64,000 nucleotides of DNA, from the NCBI GenBank assembly GCA_048882045.1, contig JBHLRZ010000017.1, positions 1 to 64,000 on the forward strand. Direction: 5' to 3'. The position numbers and the translations under genes are program-made. This DNA comes from Candidatus Thorarchaeota archaeon (GTDB lineage Archaea; Asgardarchaeota; Thorarchaeia; Thorarchaeales; Thorarchaeaceae). Positions 1-10,131 of this stretch are shown in pieces; positions within the stretch are counted from its first letter, which is position 1, and each line of letters begins with the position of its first letter. Below the pieces are notes generated by a model that did not search any database, was not told the DNA's origin, and saw nothing but the letters and a program-made list of their open reading frames with translations.

Positions 1-351
1 GGTGATGTCCATGCTGATTTGACTAGGATGGTGAAGATATACCATGATTTTGCTATCGAGTACGGCGATTTCTTTTCTGTCATGATTTTTGAATTGCAGC
101 GCCATCTAGATTTGCTTGATATAGTTAATGAGCCATACAATATCGTCTTGTCTTTTGTAGGATTGATGGCCCGTTATCAGAACGAGGGATTACTTGTCAA
201 GGAACATCCCTTAATTGCATGGGCCGCCTTAGTGAGTCCGATACTCATTGCCTTCAATATGCAAAAAGTTGCTCCAGACTTTGGCGTGCAAATTGAGGAT
301 ATCAGAGATCATGTAACAAATTTCTTGAATGGACGAGCTAGGTCCCAATAG
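1..351 (+). CDS. C-terminal part of a probable TetR/AcrR-family regulator (5' truncated by window edge)
   Basis: Frame is open from base 1. All-helical C-terminal region ending in 'HVTNFLNGR', typical of TetR C-domains. HTH not visible. Confidence 0.5.
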   Translation, partial: GDVHADLTRMVKIYHDFAIEYGDFFSVMIFELQRHLDLLDIVNEPYNIVLSFVGLMARYQNEGLLVKEHPLIAWAALVSPILIAFNMQKVAPDFGVQIEDIRDHVTNFLNGRARSQ

Positions 352-524
352 AAATTAGGATGGTTCTATATTCTGTTCATACGTGTCTTCTCAAACGATG
401 GTTCATTTATGTACTAAGTTAGTAATCCTTATCACAACTCTCATCATTTTTGAGCGTAGATTATATACCCTGCCATTGTACACTAAATCACTACAATGGG
501 GGCATTTGTAAGTTGCAGCGAGAA

Positions 525-1418
525 ATGGAACAGTTCAAAGATTCCTTTGATGAGCGGCTCTCCGCCGCCACAAAGGAGAAGGTGCGTATCGTAATCAAGG
601 AACAGTACGCTGACGCATTTGACGTCCTGTCTGACTGTGAGAACGCAGATCTCATCCCAGGCATAATTGGGCCGCCAGGAGTTGGCAAGACATTACTTTT
701 ACGCGCGTACGCTGAGAGGAGCAATAGAGACCTTTACTGGATCACAGGGGACGAAGGCGTGAGACCATCCCACCTGACTGGAGCGTTCAATCCCAGTATA
801 GTGCTCAACAAAGGGTTCACGCTCGAGGCATTCGAGCCAGGTCCACTGCTCAAGAGTATGGTGTATGGCGGTGTCTTCGGTCTCAACGAAGGGAACCGTC
901 TCAGCGAGTATGTGCAGAACTCACTACTCGACCCGTTTGAAGAGCGTTCAATCAGCGTGCAGCGACTGGGCAGGATACGCGCGGATGATGGTTTCTTTCC
1001 TGTATTGACGATGAATCCTGAGGAGATGAGCGGTGCACACAGGCTCAGCGAGGCTCTTAGGGACAGAATTAGAGTCTGGATAAGACTAGGATATCCGAGG
1101 AAAGAAACGGAGATAGAAATTGTGAAGATGAACTGCCCTGAGTACAATCTCAGTGATGCAGTTCTTGAGAAGGTCTATGGTCTAGTGTCATCCACCAGAG
1201 TGAGTACGGACATCGAGATACCAGCGAGTATCAGAGCAGGAATCTCAATCTCACGCCTGGCTGCGCAGATGACCAAGAGGTTGAAGGAGAAGACCATCTC
1301 ACATTCGACGCTTTCAAAGGCGGCTACATATGTGCTGGTCGGAGCACTCCGATTCAGGCCCGGGATCGATCCCGAACCAGCGGTCAACTCGTTGGTACGG
1401 AGGAACCTAGGGAGTTAG
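525..1418 (+). CDS. MoxR-family AAA+ ATPase (CoxD/GvpN-like)
   Basis: Walker A GPPGVGKT, 'FEPGPL', variant Walker B 'GLNEGNR', 'TMNP', 'LSEALRDR'. Adjacent VWA gene. ATG at 525 chosen as start. Confidence 0.9.
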   Translation: MEQFKDSFDERLSAATKEKVRIVIKEQYADAFDVLSDCENADLIPGIIGPPGVGKTLLLRAYAERSNRDLYWITGDEGVRPSHLTGAFNPSIVLNKGFTLEAFEPGPLLKSMVYGGVFGLNEGNRLSEYVQNSLLDPFEERSISVQRLGRIRADDGFFPVLTMNPEEMSGAHRLSEALRDRIRVWIRLGYPRKETEIEIVKMNCPEYNLSDAVLEKVYGLVSSTRVSTDIEIPASIRAGISISRLAAQMTKRLKEKTISHSTLSKAATYVLVGALRFRPGIDPEPAVNSLVRRNLGS

Positions 1419-1422
1419 TACC

Positions 1423-3981
1423 ATGGCTACTCAGCCTAAGGTGACCCCAGTTCCAAGTAACGCCCCCCTATTTGCACATGAGTTTACCAAGCGGATGAGA
1501 GCCAGAAAGGACGTGACAAAGAAACCTAGTGTTCGTCAGACAACATCTATACCACAACTGCTCTCAGCCAGGTATTTTCGAAAGGGCGACCTGAACCTCG
1601 AGGACTTTCTTGAGGCTGCAGTGTTCACAACGTTCCCTGCTGATCAAGAGATTGCTAGAGAGGTTGCTGAGGACATCCTGCTTGGACGTGAGAAGGTCGA
1701 GAGACCCAAGCTCTCAGACAAGGAACGTGCTGACTTGACTGCTGCTGCTGCGAAGAAGCAGACAGATGCACTCAAGGCAGTGATGGATCAGATCCGACGT
1801 GAGCAAGAGCTTGCGAAGGTCATCAAGAAAGACAAGGTGAAGGCAGGATACGAGTACCTCCAAGACCTTCAACAAAATGGGGACGCAGAGCTCTACCAAG
1901 CAGCGACAAATTATCTGACTGATGGCGATATTGTTCTTCGAGGCATAACGAGTAACGAGGAACTCAAGGAGATTGCAGGAAATCATCTCTTGGACAAGGC
2001 TGGTACATTGAGTTCTAGTGACATTCAAGACTCACCGACTCTCGATGTTTTGGATGATCTGTGTGAGACCTCGAATGCCGCAGAACGTCTTGCTGCAAAG
2101 TCTCTTCGAGGAGACCAGGATGTGGTAGAGAAGTTCGAAACGCTTGCTAGAGTTGATACTTCCACGGCGGCGAGGGCTCTTCGTCACATCGAAGAGATGC
2201 AGACTCAGACTGCTGAGGAGAGGGAGTCATTGGATGCGACACTACAGGAAGAGCTTGATGACCTCAGTGAAGCCGCAGACTATGCAGCTGAGATGAAAAG
2301 GCTTCCAGACAATATTCAGGATCATATCGAGAGCGCACCAAAGATGTACAACCTTAGCGACGCAGCAGCGTTCGCAGAGAAGATTGAGAAGCACACTGGA
2401 CAGGACATAATGAATGATCTGCTTGAGGCGTACGACGACCAATACGACAATGGCGGACACAATCATGTTGACATGAAGCAACTGGCTGATACTGCTCGCG
2501 ACAACGATAGCTGGGACAACCTTCTCGAAAAACAGACCGAAGCAACAATTCAGGATGCTCATTCGCGCTCTTCTCCGTCGGATTTCCTGCGTTCAGAAGT
2601 TGCTCATGGAATGTCTCAGGCTGCTAACCTTCCAACTCCTCATACCAAGGAGGAATGGTCGAAAGCTATGCAGAAGCTATCTGACGCTGCAGTGGAGACC
2701 TCCCCGACAAAGACACATCTTCGTAACACTGTCAAACAACTATCACGAATGGGACAGGTTCCATCAAAAGATGCCATCCGTGAGGCTGGCGAGAAATTGG
2801 GGATGACAGAGGAAGAGATACTGGAACTACTCAATCCCTCCTATGAGGTCATAAGGAAACTCATCCAGGGTGGACTAGAGGATTTTGATAGGTTACATAA
2901 CCTGATTTCCGCCGCTGGTCTGACTCATCAACAGATGCGACAACTAGCGGACATCGCAGCAGAGCAAGGCAATCAGAGTGCATTGGGTGCGATCGCACAT
3001 GAAGACCTTCATGCAGCTCTTGGTACTGGCGACTCATCAGGAGGCTATGGTCGACAACGCTATGGGTCAGGTATGGCCTCAGGGTCTGGTGCTGAGCAAG
3101 GAGGTTACGACAAGAATCGGGCAGATATGGCGTTGGGTGGTCTCTTAGGAGGACCAGCGACCAATATCGTGCGTATATGGTATGCTTACCGTGACCAGCT
3201 ACCTAACGAACTGAAGAAGCAGCTTCGGGAGATTGCCAAAAGATTGCTGATCGACCTGGGTATGAGATATGCTCGCCAGACAATGGGCTCAAGTATGCTC
3301 GGAGGCATTCAGGAATCTACTACAGTTCGCCCCTTTAAAATTGGAGACGACATGGACTTGATAAATCTTGAAGAGACGATTGACTCTCTGCTCACGCAGG
3401 GTCGAACGAACTTCAAAATTATCGAAACCTCTGACTTTCTCGTTACTGAAACGTATCAGGGTCACAGAGCCTTCTATTGGGCACTAGACAAGAGTGGTTC
3501 TATGGACTCTGCTGAGAAGCTTGGAATGCTAGCGATTTCAGTGATGGCAGGACTATACGGTGTCAAGAAAGACGATTTTGGAGTCGTTCTTTTTGACCAT
3601 GAAACTCATGTTGTCAAAACGATGGCTGAGAAGTCAGTGTCAGTAGAGAAGGTTGCTTCCGACCTGCTCGAGGCAAGAGCCGGAGGAGGTACAGGAGGAG
3701 CAGTCTCAATGAAAATGGCTCTCGAAAACTTTGAGAACACCCGTGCAAAAGAGAAGATCTTCGTGTTCTCGACAGATATGTTTCTGAGTGATCAACAGCA
3801 GTGTGAAGAACTTGCAGAGAGGATGAAGCCTCTAGGAATCAAGATGATCGTTCTTGTGCCAAAGTCTTCATACAATCCACAGGCTGCAGACAGTCTTGCA
3901 AAGAAGGCTCATGGAGTAGTACTTGACATTGCGTCAATTGATGAACTGCCCGAGAAGCTACTTCGTGTCACTAACTACTGA
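1423..3981 (+). CDS. Large VWA-domain protein (CoxE-like MoxR partner)
   Basis: C-terminal MIDAS DKSGSM...GGT...STD and a long acidic helical middle region. Starts 4 bp after the MoxR gene. Confidence 0.85.
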   Translation: MATQPKVTPVPSNAPLFAHEFTKRMRARKDVTKKPSVRQTTSIPQLLSARYFRKGDLNLEDFLEAAVFTTFPADQEIAREVAEDILLGREKVERPKLSDKERADLTAAAAKKQTDALKAVMDQIRREQELAKVIKKDKVKAGYEYLQDLQQNGDAELYQAATNYLTDGDIVLRGITSNEELKEIAGNHLLDKAGTLSSSDIQDSPTLDVLDDLCETSNAAERLAAKSLRGDQDVVEKFETLARVDTSTAARALRHIEEMQTQTAEERESLDATLQEELDDLSEAADYAAEMKRLPDNIQDHIESAPKMYNLSDAAAFAEKIEKHTGQDIMNDLLEAYDDQYDNGGHNHVDMKQLADTARDNDSWDNLLEKQTEATIQDAHSRSSPSDFLRSEVAHGMSQAANLPTPHTKEEWSKAMQKLSDAAVETSPTKTHLRNTVKQLSRMGQVPSKDAIREAGEKLGMTEEEILELLNPSYEVIRKLIQGGLEDFDRLHNLISAAGLTHQQMRQLADIAAEQGNQSALGAIAHEDLHAALGTGDSSGGYGRQRYGSGMASGSGAEQGGYDKNRADMALGGLLGGPATNIVRIWYAYRDQLPNELKKQLREIAKRLLIDLGMRYARQTMGSSMLGGIQESTTVRPFKIGDDMDLINLEETIDSLLTQGRTNFKIIETSDFLVTETYQGHRAFYWALDKSGSMDSAEKLGMLAISVMAGLYGVKKDDFGVVLFDHETHVVKTMAEKSVSVEKVASDLLEARAGGGTGGAVSMKMALENFENTRAKEKIFVFSTDMFLSDQQQCEELAERMKPLGIKMIVLVPKSSYNPQAADSLAKKAHGVVLDIASIDELPEKLLRVTNY

Positions 3982-4713
3982 TTACATCTTTGAGTAGCCT
4001 GTCCTCTCCATGAGGGACTTCTCCTTGGACTCACAGACCCAAAACTTGTACGCACAAAGGTAGTCCTCAGTTCCCCTGAGATCAAGTAGTCTTGAACTAA
4101 ACAGTCTTCGCATGAGGCGCATGTACCTGAAGAATGGATCTCCAGGTGGAACAATCTCAGCCACGCAGTTCACTTGGTAGCTCTGAGCTTCTGGTGCTTC
4201 TGTCTGACTCCAGAAGAAGTTCAATGACACTCTTGGGTCTCTCAGAATGTTCTGATAGGTCTGATCCCCATACATCTCGACTGCACCAAAGCGGAACCTA
4301 TCAATATCCCGATCATGAAGCATGATTTCCTGATAAAGATCAATCCTTTCCTCAATCGTATCTGTGAAGGCTCTGCCTTGGAATGAGAGCTCAGCCCCCT
4401 CCAATTCCAGAATTTTATCTTCCAGAGCCTCATCGGTGAGTGTAAGCCTGATGATTTTCTTTGCAGAATTTACTGGAAAGATTCCGGTTGTGTTAATCGA
4501 GGATACCGTTGGCTTCATTAGTGTCGCATCATAGAGCCGACGGAGCTTTTCGTTCGTGTCATCTGCGCCTTCTAGAGTATTAAGGATGGCTTCGTATATG
4601 GCATCTGGAATTGCGTTCAAGGGAAAAGAAACTTTTAGGCCGCCGATGTCTATTTCGATCCTTCTTAGCTCTCTATCAATGAACTTGATAGTTGAAGGTC
4701 TATCATTTGACAT
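3982..4713 (-). CDS. Pyridoxamine 5'-phosphate oxidase-like FMN-binding split-barrel protein
   Basis: 'TYQNILRDPRVSLNF...SYQVNCVAEIV' resembles the PNPOx-like family. Confidence 0.55.
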   Translation of the reverse strand: MSNDRPSTIKFIDRELRRIEIDIGGLKVSFPLNAIPDAIYEAILNTLEGADDTNEKLRRLYDATLMKPTVSSINTTGIFPVNSAKKIIRLTLTDEALEDKILELEGAELSFQGRAFTDTIEERIDLYQEIMLHDRDIDRFRFGAVEMYGDQTYQNILRDPRVSLNFFWSQTEAPEAQSYQVNCVAEIVPPGDPFFRYMRLMRRLFSSRLLDLRGTEDYLCAYKFWVCESKEKSLMERTGYSKM

Positions 4714-4835
4714 CTATTCAACTCCATCTTTTCGCCAATGGAAGCACACAGGGTGCATATTTTAAGATATGTCGGATTATTGTAACCACTGAAAAACGTC
4801 ATAAGAGGGTCTGTATCTCTCTGAAGACACACTAG

Positions 4836-5138
4836 TTGAGACTGGGGCATTGGAAATTGGTTGAAGCTTTTGAGATTAACTCACAGGCAAAGATGGTCGA
4901 GTTTGACGGAGACGTCATCGAAGTTGACACCACGAAAGTCCTAGTATTCGTTGTCCATGATACAAAAACGGTCTATCTCTGGAGAGGAAAGAAAGCAGAT
5001 CTCTTTGAGAAACTCATGGGGACTAGGATCGCAGCCAAACTGAGCCACACGTATTCAGACTATCGGATACGTCCAATCTCCGAGGGAAACGAACCAGCAG
5101 CCTTCCTCCATCTAATTGGTACAAAGCTGAAGAAGTGA
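4836..5138 (+). CDS. Single-domain gelsolin-like protein (Asgard ProGel type)
   Basis: Gelsolin repeat signature 'TVYLWRGKKADLFEK...ISEGNEPAAF'. Confidence 0.8.
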   Translation: MRLGHWKLVEAFEINSQAKMVEFDGDVIEVDTTKVLVFVVHDTKTVYLWRGKKADLFEKLMGTRIAAKLSHTYSDYRIRPISEGNEPAAFLHLIGTKLKK

Positions 5139-5179
5139 TTTGACCAGAAGACACTTAGTCCGTTGTATCTTTACCCTCA

Positions 5180-5476
5180 TTGATTCAAGTGCAACCTTTC
5201 AACCGCCTTGCATATCTGAATAGGATACGCAATGTCAGGCGCGGCCTGTTTTCGAGGACAGAAATCCTGGAACACTTGGATTCAGAACTCTGGACTTCAG
5301 CATCTGAGATTGCTTTTCGAATTCATGTCACTACTCAAACTGTCCTCTATCATCTGAAGAATATGGAACGGGAACGTGTCGTTGAAAGGGATGAAGATGG
5401 GAGAGGATGGCGTTTGGGACCATTTGAACAGAGTGAGCTACTGCAGTATCTTTCCACAAAGAGGAAGAAGAAATGA
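5180..5476 (+). CDS. Winged helix-turn-helix protein
   Basis: 'SASEIAFRIHVTTQTVLYHLKNMERERVVER' HTH plus wing. Overlaps the next gene by 4 bp. Confidence 0.75.
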   Translation: MIQVQPFNRLAYLNRIRNVRRGLFSRTEILEHLDSELWTSASEIAFRIHVTTQTVLYHLKNMERERVVERDEDGRGWRLGPFEQSELLQYLSTKRKKK

Positions 5477-6222
5477 AGATAGCAATAGTGCGACGACCTG
5501 GAAAGACCTTCAAAAGATGTCTGTCACAACATCCACTCCACCAGACTGTAGACGTAGGTCTCGCATTGAAACAACATTCCGAATATTGTCAGGTGCTCTC
5601 TGAGCTCGGACTAGAACTGATACGACTTGAGCCAAATGATAAACATCCTGATGCTTGTTTTGTAGAGGATACTGTTGTTGTGCACAAGGGACGAGCCATA
5701 ATAACGAGGATGGCGAAGGAGAGTCGTAGAGGAGAGAGCCAACGAGTAGAGGAAGTCCTCTCAGAATACAAGCAAATCGAGTCAGTTAAGGAACCAGGGA
5801 CATTGGAGGGTGGTGATGTTATCCACTTAGAGGATTCATTGATCTGCGGCATCACAGATAGAACGAATCACGATGGAGCAACACAGATGGAACACTGGTT
5901 GCAGACTTATGTCCACAGAATGGAAGATCCAACAATTATGCATATCAAGAGTCACGTTACTTATCTCGGAAAAGACATGATTGTCTGCAATCCGAGATAT
6001 GCTGATGACCCAATGTTGGAACCTTTCACCAAAATTGTACTCCCAACATCAGAATCACACTCTGCCAATACTCTGACAATTGGGGATGTGGTTATCCTAT
6101 CCAAAAGACACACTGAAACCTCTAGAATGGTCAAGGATGCTGGGTTTGATATAATCCAGCTTGACATGAGTGAGTTTGAGAAGTGTGATGGTGCACTCAC
6201 TTGTCTCTCCATCATTTTCTAG
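5473..6222 (+). CDS. ddah: Dimethylarginine dimethylaminohydrolase (amidinotransferase superfamily)
   Basis: 'PDACFVED', 'RRGE', 'LEGGD', 'HIKS' and C-terminal 'DGALTCLS' catalytic motifs. Confidence 0.85.
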   Translation: MKIAIVRRPGKTFKRCLSQHPLHQTVDVGLALKQHSEYCQVLSELGLELIRLEPNDKHPDACFVEDTVVVHKGRAIITRMAKESRRGESQRVEEVLSEYKQIESVKEPGTLEGGDVIHLEDSLICGITDRTNHDGATQMEHWLQTYVHRMEDPTIMHIKSHVTYLGKDMIVCNPRYADDPMLEPFTKIVLPTSESHSANTLTIGDVVILSKRHTETSRMVKDAGFDIIQLDMSEFEKCDGALTCLSIIF

Positions 6223-7157
6223 AGGAATTCATAGAACTTGTGCACATTGTCCCAATACAATTTACGAAGGACACTGTCTGGAAGGTCTAATCCATTGATG
6301 AAGGTTCCACCTGTGTCCACAGTGTCTGAATCAGTAAATGGCAAGGGCATATCCCTCTGATCGGTTTCCAAGAGAAGTCTGAGAGCAAGGTACCGTCCTT
6401 CATAGTAGTTTCTTTCCGGACCCCAAGATACACAATCAGTTCCGAAATGAATACGGTCTTGATACTTGATGAAGAATTCCCGAGCCTTCTTGGAATCACT
6501 ACTCAGCTCTCTCGACATCCAACGAGCGGAGCTTGTGTCGATGTTGAAATTAGGATATGTATCAAACCATCTCGCTAGATTGTCCAGTCGATGTATCTCG
6601 GGTTGAGCAGCGAAATGCGCCAGCTGCAACTTCATTGATCCATACCTCTTGAGGACTCCCTCAAGTTCATTGAGGTCTCTCTCTTTGGATGTATAGTATT
6701 GTTTGTCCGTATATCTCGATGCGTAGTAAGTGTCAGGGTCTGAGAGATGTAGCATGAATGGGATGTCCTCTTCCATCATGGCGTCAAAGAATCTAGCCAT
6801 TTCCTCGCCATCCATCCTCAAGTATTCTGGGGATGTAGATGTTCTGCCTCTCATTACAGGTGCTGACTGCATCTTTGCCATATGGTACCCCTCTTCTCTC
6901 AGGACCTTGATCTCTCGGATGAGGTCTTCCATAGGAGTCACAAACCGCATCGAACCTGAGAAATACTTGGCGTAGACAAAACGTCCTGGGAATTTTTCAT
7001 CTGCGTATCTCTTCGCTCCAAGACTGTGACAGATAAGGATTGATTTCTCGACGCCAAACTCACTTCCCACTTGGACCAAGGTATCTAGAGCGTCAGTATC
7101 GACTACATGAATATGTGAATCGAATATAGGCTCTGAATAGGTCAGTTCGGGATACAG
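6219..7157 (-). CDS. Amidohydrolase_2 family TIM-barrel metallohydrolase (probable CTG start)
   Basis: Extending the frame upstream of 7079 gives the 'IFDSHIH' metal motif. Also 'LAHFA' and 'FGTD'. In-frame stop at 7161-7163. Confidence 0.8.
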   Translation of the reverse strand: MYPELTYSEPIFDSHIHVVDTDALDTLVQVGSEFGVEKSILICHSLGAKRYADEKFPGRFVYAKYFSGSMRFVTPMEDLIREIKVLREEGYHMAKMQSAPVMRGRTSTSPEYLRMDGEEMARFFDAMMEEDIPFMLHLSDPDTYYASRYTDKQYYTSKERDLNELEGVLKRYGSMKLQLAHFAAQPEIHRLDNLARWFDTYPNFNIDTSSARWMSRELSSDSKKAREFFIKYQDRIHFGTDCVSWGPERNYYEGRYLALRLLLETDQRDMPLPFTDSDTVDTGGTFINGLDLPDSVLRKLYWDNVHKFYEFL

Positions 7158-7221
7158 TTTCTACACCTTATAGCGGCACATAACAAGGTACTGAAAACTC
7201 TGCCCATCGAGTAGAAATATC

Positions 7222-8547
7222 CTAATTCAACCTTGACCATAGACCTTCCGCAGATTTCTTGGAAACCTCAGCCACATGACTGTCCAGAACCTGCGTTAAT
7301 AGCCTGTCTTTAACGACAACATTTCCCTTAACAATGACATCCCTAACATCTCTGCCACTAAATGTGTTGAGAATATGGCCCACAACTGACTCCGCTGTGA
7401 GAGGGGTGGGTACTCTTGAGCTGTCAAGTATCACTATGTCTGCCTGTTTTCTCTTCTCGAGACTCCCTAGGTCGCTATCGAGACCATAAGCACGGGCTCC
7501 TTCAATTGTTGCCATTTTGAATATCTCCTCAGGACCTATCGCACTTGGGTTTCCGCTTGCTAACCTATGAACAGTGAGTGCGCATCTCATGTTCTCAAAT
7601 GGATCAAAAATCCACCCATCATTTCCTAGACCCACAGTGATTCCCCTTTCAAGCATAGCAGGAACTGGCGAAACGCCCACAGCATTCAACATGTTGCTCA
7701 TAGGATTGTGTGCGACCGATGATCGGCGTTTGGCTATCAATTCGATCTCGTGCTTGTCTACATGGACACAATGTGCCAAGACAGTGTTAGGTCCTAGAAG
7801 TCCAAGTCGGTCCAATCTTTCCACTGTCCGCTCACCCGAGGTTTCGAGATTATGATAGAGGTCCACTAAACCTTCAGAAGTATGTATAGTGATAGGAACG
7901 TTCAGCTCCTTTGCCTGTTCCGCAGCTCTCGTTACAATCTCATCTCCGACAGTGAAGGATGCATGGATACTGACCATCCCTGAAACCAGATCATCCTTCT
8001 TGCAAGAGTTGATGAAATCGACACCTTCCTTGAAACCCCTATTGGCCTCATCCGGATTATGCCTCTCAGTCATCTCGAACGCCAGAATTCCTCGAATCCC
8101 TACCTCTCTTGTTGCCTTTGCAATGGCTTGAAGACTTCCCTCAATCGAATTCGGTCCAGAGTAAGTGTCTGCGAAGAATGTCGACCCATTCCGGAGCATG
8201 TCAGCACCTGCAGATAGAGCACTAGCATATGCATCCTCAACCATTAGTGCCTCATCTACAGGCCACCAGACACGTTGTAGTACCTGTGCAAAATCGATTG
8301 GAGGTTTGATGTTGAGACTAGCCCCACGCAGGAGGATACCATAGAGGTGAGTATGTGCAGTAATGAAACCTGGGATGATGACTCCTCCATTCGCGTCGAT
8401 TACTGTGCCAGCTGTGTAAGAGGGGTCCCCCTCTCGGATCTCAGCAATTCTTCCTTCGTTCACTCGGATGTGCCCACTGGGTATGATAGTTCCTCTCTTG
8501 TCCCCAGTGACAATCATCCCATTCTTGACCAGAAGTTCATCGCTCAT
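7222..8547 (-). CDS. Amidohydrolase of the SsnA / MTA-SAH deaminase family
   Basis: 'PGFITAHTH', 'IHTSEG', 'LAHCVH', 'HNPMSN', 'GLGNDG' and 'GSLEKRKQADIV' motifs. Confidence 0.88.
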   Translation of the reverse strand: MSDELLVKNGMIVTGDKRGTIIPSGHIRVNEGRIAEIREGDPSYTAGTVIDANGGVIIPGFITAHTHLYGILLRGASLNIKPPIDFAQVLQRVWWPVDEALMVEDAYASALSAGADMLRNGSTFFADTYSGPNSIEGSLQAIAKATREVGIRGILAFEMTERHNPDEANRGFKEGVDFINSCKKDDLVSGMVSIHASFTVGDEIVTRAAEQAKELNVPITIHTSEGLVDLYHNLETSGERTVERLDRLGLLGPNTVLAHCVHVDKHEIELIAKRRSSVAHNPMSNMLNAVGVSPVPAMLERGITVGLGNDGWIFDPFENMRCALTVHRLASGNPSAIGPEEIFKMATIEGARAYGLDSDLGSLEKRKQADIVILDSSRVPTPLTAESVVGHILNTFSGRDVRDVIVKGNVVVKDRLLTQVLDSHVAEVSKKSAEGLWSRLN

Positions 8548-8613
8548 TGCTAGGACCTACCCATCAATCACTTAACATCAGTGCACAAGATTAGTCTTTG
8601 CCTAGAATGTATT

Positions 8614-10131
8614 TCAAGACAGTTTGAAGTCTGCATAGCTCACAGTCCCTTTCTTGGACTGGTATATGATGCCTTGTTTCTCAAGTTCCTGAGCTGCAGC
8701 ATCAAATTCCTTCTTGGTCATTCCTGCCTCTTCAGCTTTGGTTAGGAGGTCATTGATTGGAACTTCCCGTCCCACCTTCTCGGACATTCTCTGAAGGATT
8801 AGGAGGAATTTACTATTGGGAGGGATTGTAGGATCGAGCGGTAGATCGTCCGCATCTATCTCGGGAGGTTTTTCCACCTCCTCCATAGATTGTTTCTGAG
8901 CTCCAAGCAAAGCAGCCATGAGGATTGACTTCTCTTCTGTTTTAAGAGAGGTAGCCTCCCCTGATTCTGCCTTGCCCTTTGAGGAAATATCTGACAGTGA
9001 GAACCCAACTGGTTCATCTTCAATCACCTTCTTCGATTCTACTGCTTCATCTTCAGTTACTTTCTTCAAGATCTCGTGCATGGGGTCGATCTTTTTCATG
9101 TCAACTCCTAACCACTCTGCATCCAAGTCCTTGTTTGCTTTTGCCGCTCTGAGCAGCTGAGGTCGGTACAACTTCTCTAGTTTTCTTCTCTGTTCAGAGA
9201 TTGAGGTATCCAAGCACTTCTCTGAACCAAGATTGAGTAGCGTTCTCTCAGCTCTGCTTCTAACTCGGTCATGAGACTCTTTCACGAGAAAGCTAAGAAC
9301 CTTTGAGAGTGCAGAGAATTTGGAATTATGGATATTGAGATTATCAATGAGAGCCTGTTTCACTTGCCAATTGGAATCTCCTACAAGTTCCATTACTACC
9401 CCCTTAGTGGATTGGATTCCCGAATTAGCTATTGCTTTTGCTATCTCTGCTCTTTCTTGCCACTTGCTCCCCTTCAAGAAGACTGAAAGAATTGAGTAGG
9501 TTGTCTGATCAACAATTCCACAGATATATGGCAGCAGGTCTCGACGTTTCTTGGAAGCACTGTCCGCCAGTAGCTTGATTAGACTTTTTTTGGTCTTCTT
9601 AGGAAATCCGCTGAGGGCTGGAACAGCACCAAGAGAGATGCTCTTTACATCCTCACTGATCTTTTTTGTGACCCATCTCTTCCCGGGGTCTCCAAAAGAC
9701 CTCATCAGTCCAAATACTGCAGGCTGATGTTCTTTACCCAGTCCTTCTAAGGCTGCGATCCAAGTTTTTAGTTCACCTGAGGATTCAGGTGCACCTATTT
9801 GATTGAACTTCTCTTGGATCCCCTGAAGTACCTGTTCTCTCTCTGCAGGATTCATGGTCCTCAAGGCTGCAAAGACTTCAGGAGTGTACTTACCAAATGT
9901 GAACTTTCCAACAACAGTAAATGCCGCCTGTTTCACATTCCGGTCGGGACTCTCAAGTAGGTCCATGGCTTTTGGCATCAATGACCTACTGTTGGGGTGA
10001 GTTGCAAGTCGACCAACTGCATCATACATCTTCCCAAGATCAGGCGAGTCGATATTATGAGCGATAGCAGCTAGTTCCTTCAACGCTTTCTTTTCCAACG
10101 TTGAGATATTCACCACCTGTTTCTTGCTCAT
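8614..10131 (-). CDS. HEAT-repeat protein with C-terminal winged-helix domain
   Basis: HEAT-like units ('DSNWQVKQA', 'ESHDRVRSRA'), an acidic linker, and an MCM_C-like tail 'AGMTKKEFDAAAQELEKQGIIYQSKKG'. Confidence 0.65.
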   Translation of the reverse strand: MSKKQVVNISTLEKKALKELAAIAHNIDSPDLGKMYDAVGRLATHPNSRSLMPKAMDLLESPDRNVKQAAFTVVGKFTFGKYTPEVFAALRTMNPAEREQVLQGIQEKFNQIGAPESSGELKTWIAALEGLGKEHQPAVFGLMRSFGDPGKRWVTKKISEDVKSISLGAVPALSGFPKKTKKSLIKLLADSASKKRRDLLPYICGIVDQTTYSILSVFLKGSKWQERAEIAKAIANSGIQSTKGVVMELVGDSNWQVKQALIDNLNIHNSKFSALSKVLSFLVKESHDRVRSRAERTLLNLGSEKCLDTSISEQRRKLEKLYRPQLLRAAKANKDLDAEWLGVDMKKIDPMHEILKKVTEDEAVESKKVIEDEPVGFSLSDISSKGKAESGEATSLKTEEKSILMAALLGAQKQSMEEVEKPPEIDADDLPLDPTIPPNSKFLLILQRMSEKVGREVPINDLLTKAEEAGMTKKEFDAAAQELEKQGIIYQSKKGTVSYADFKLS

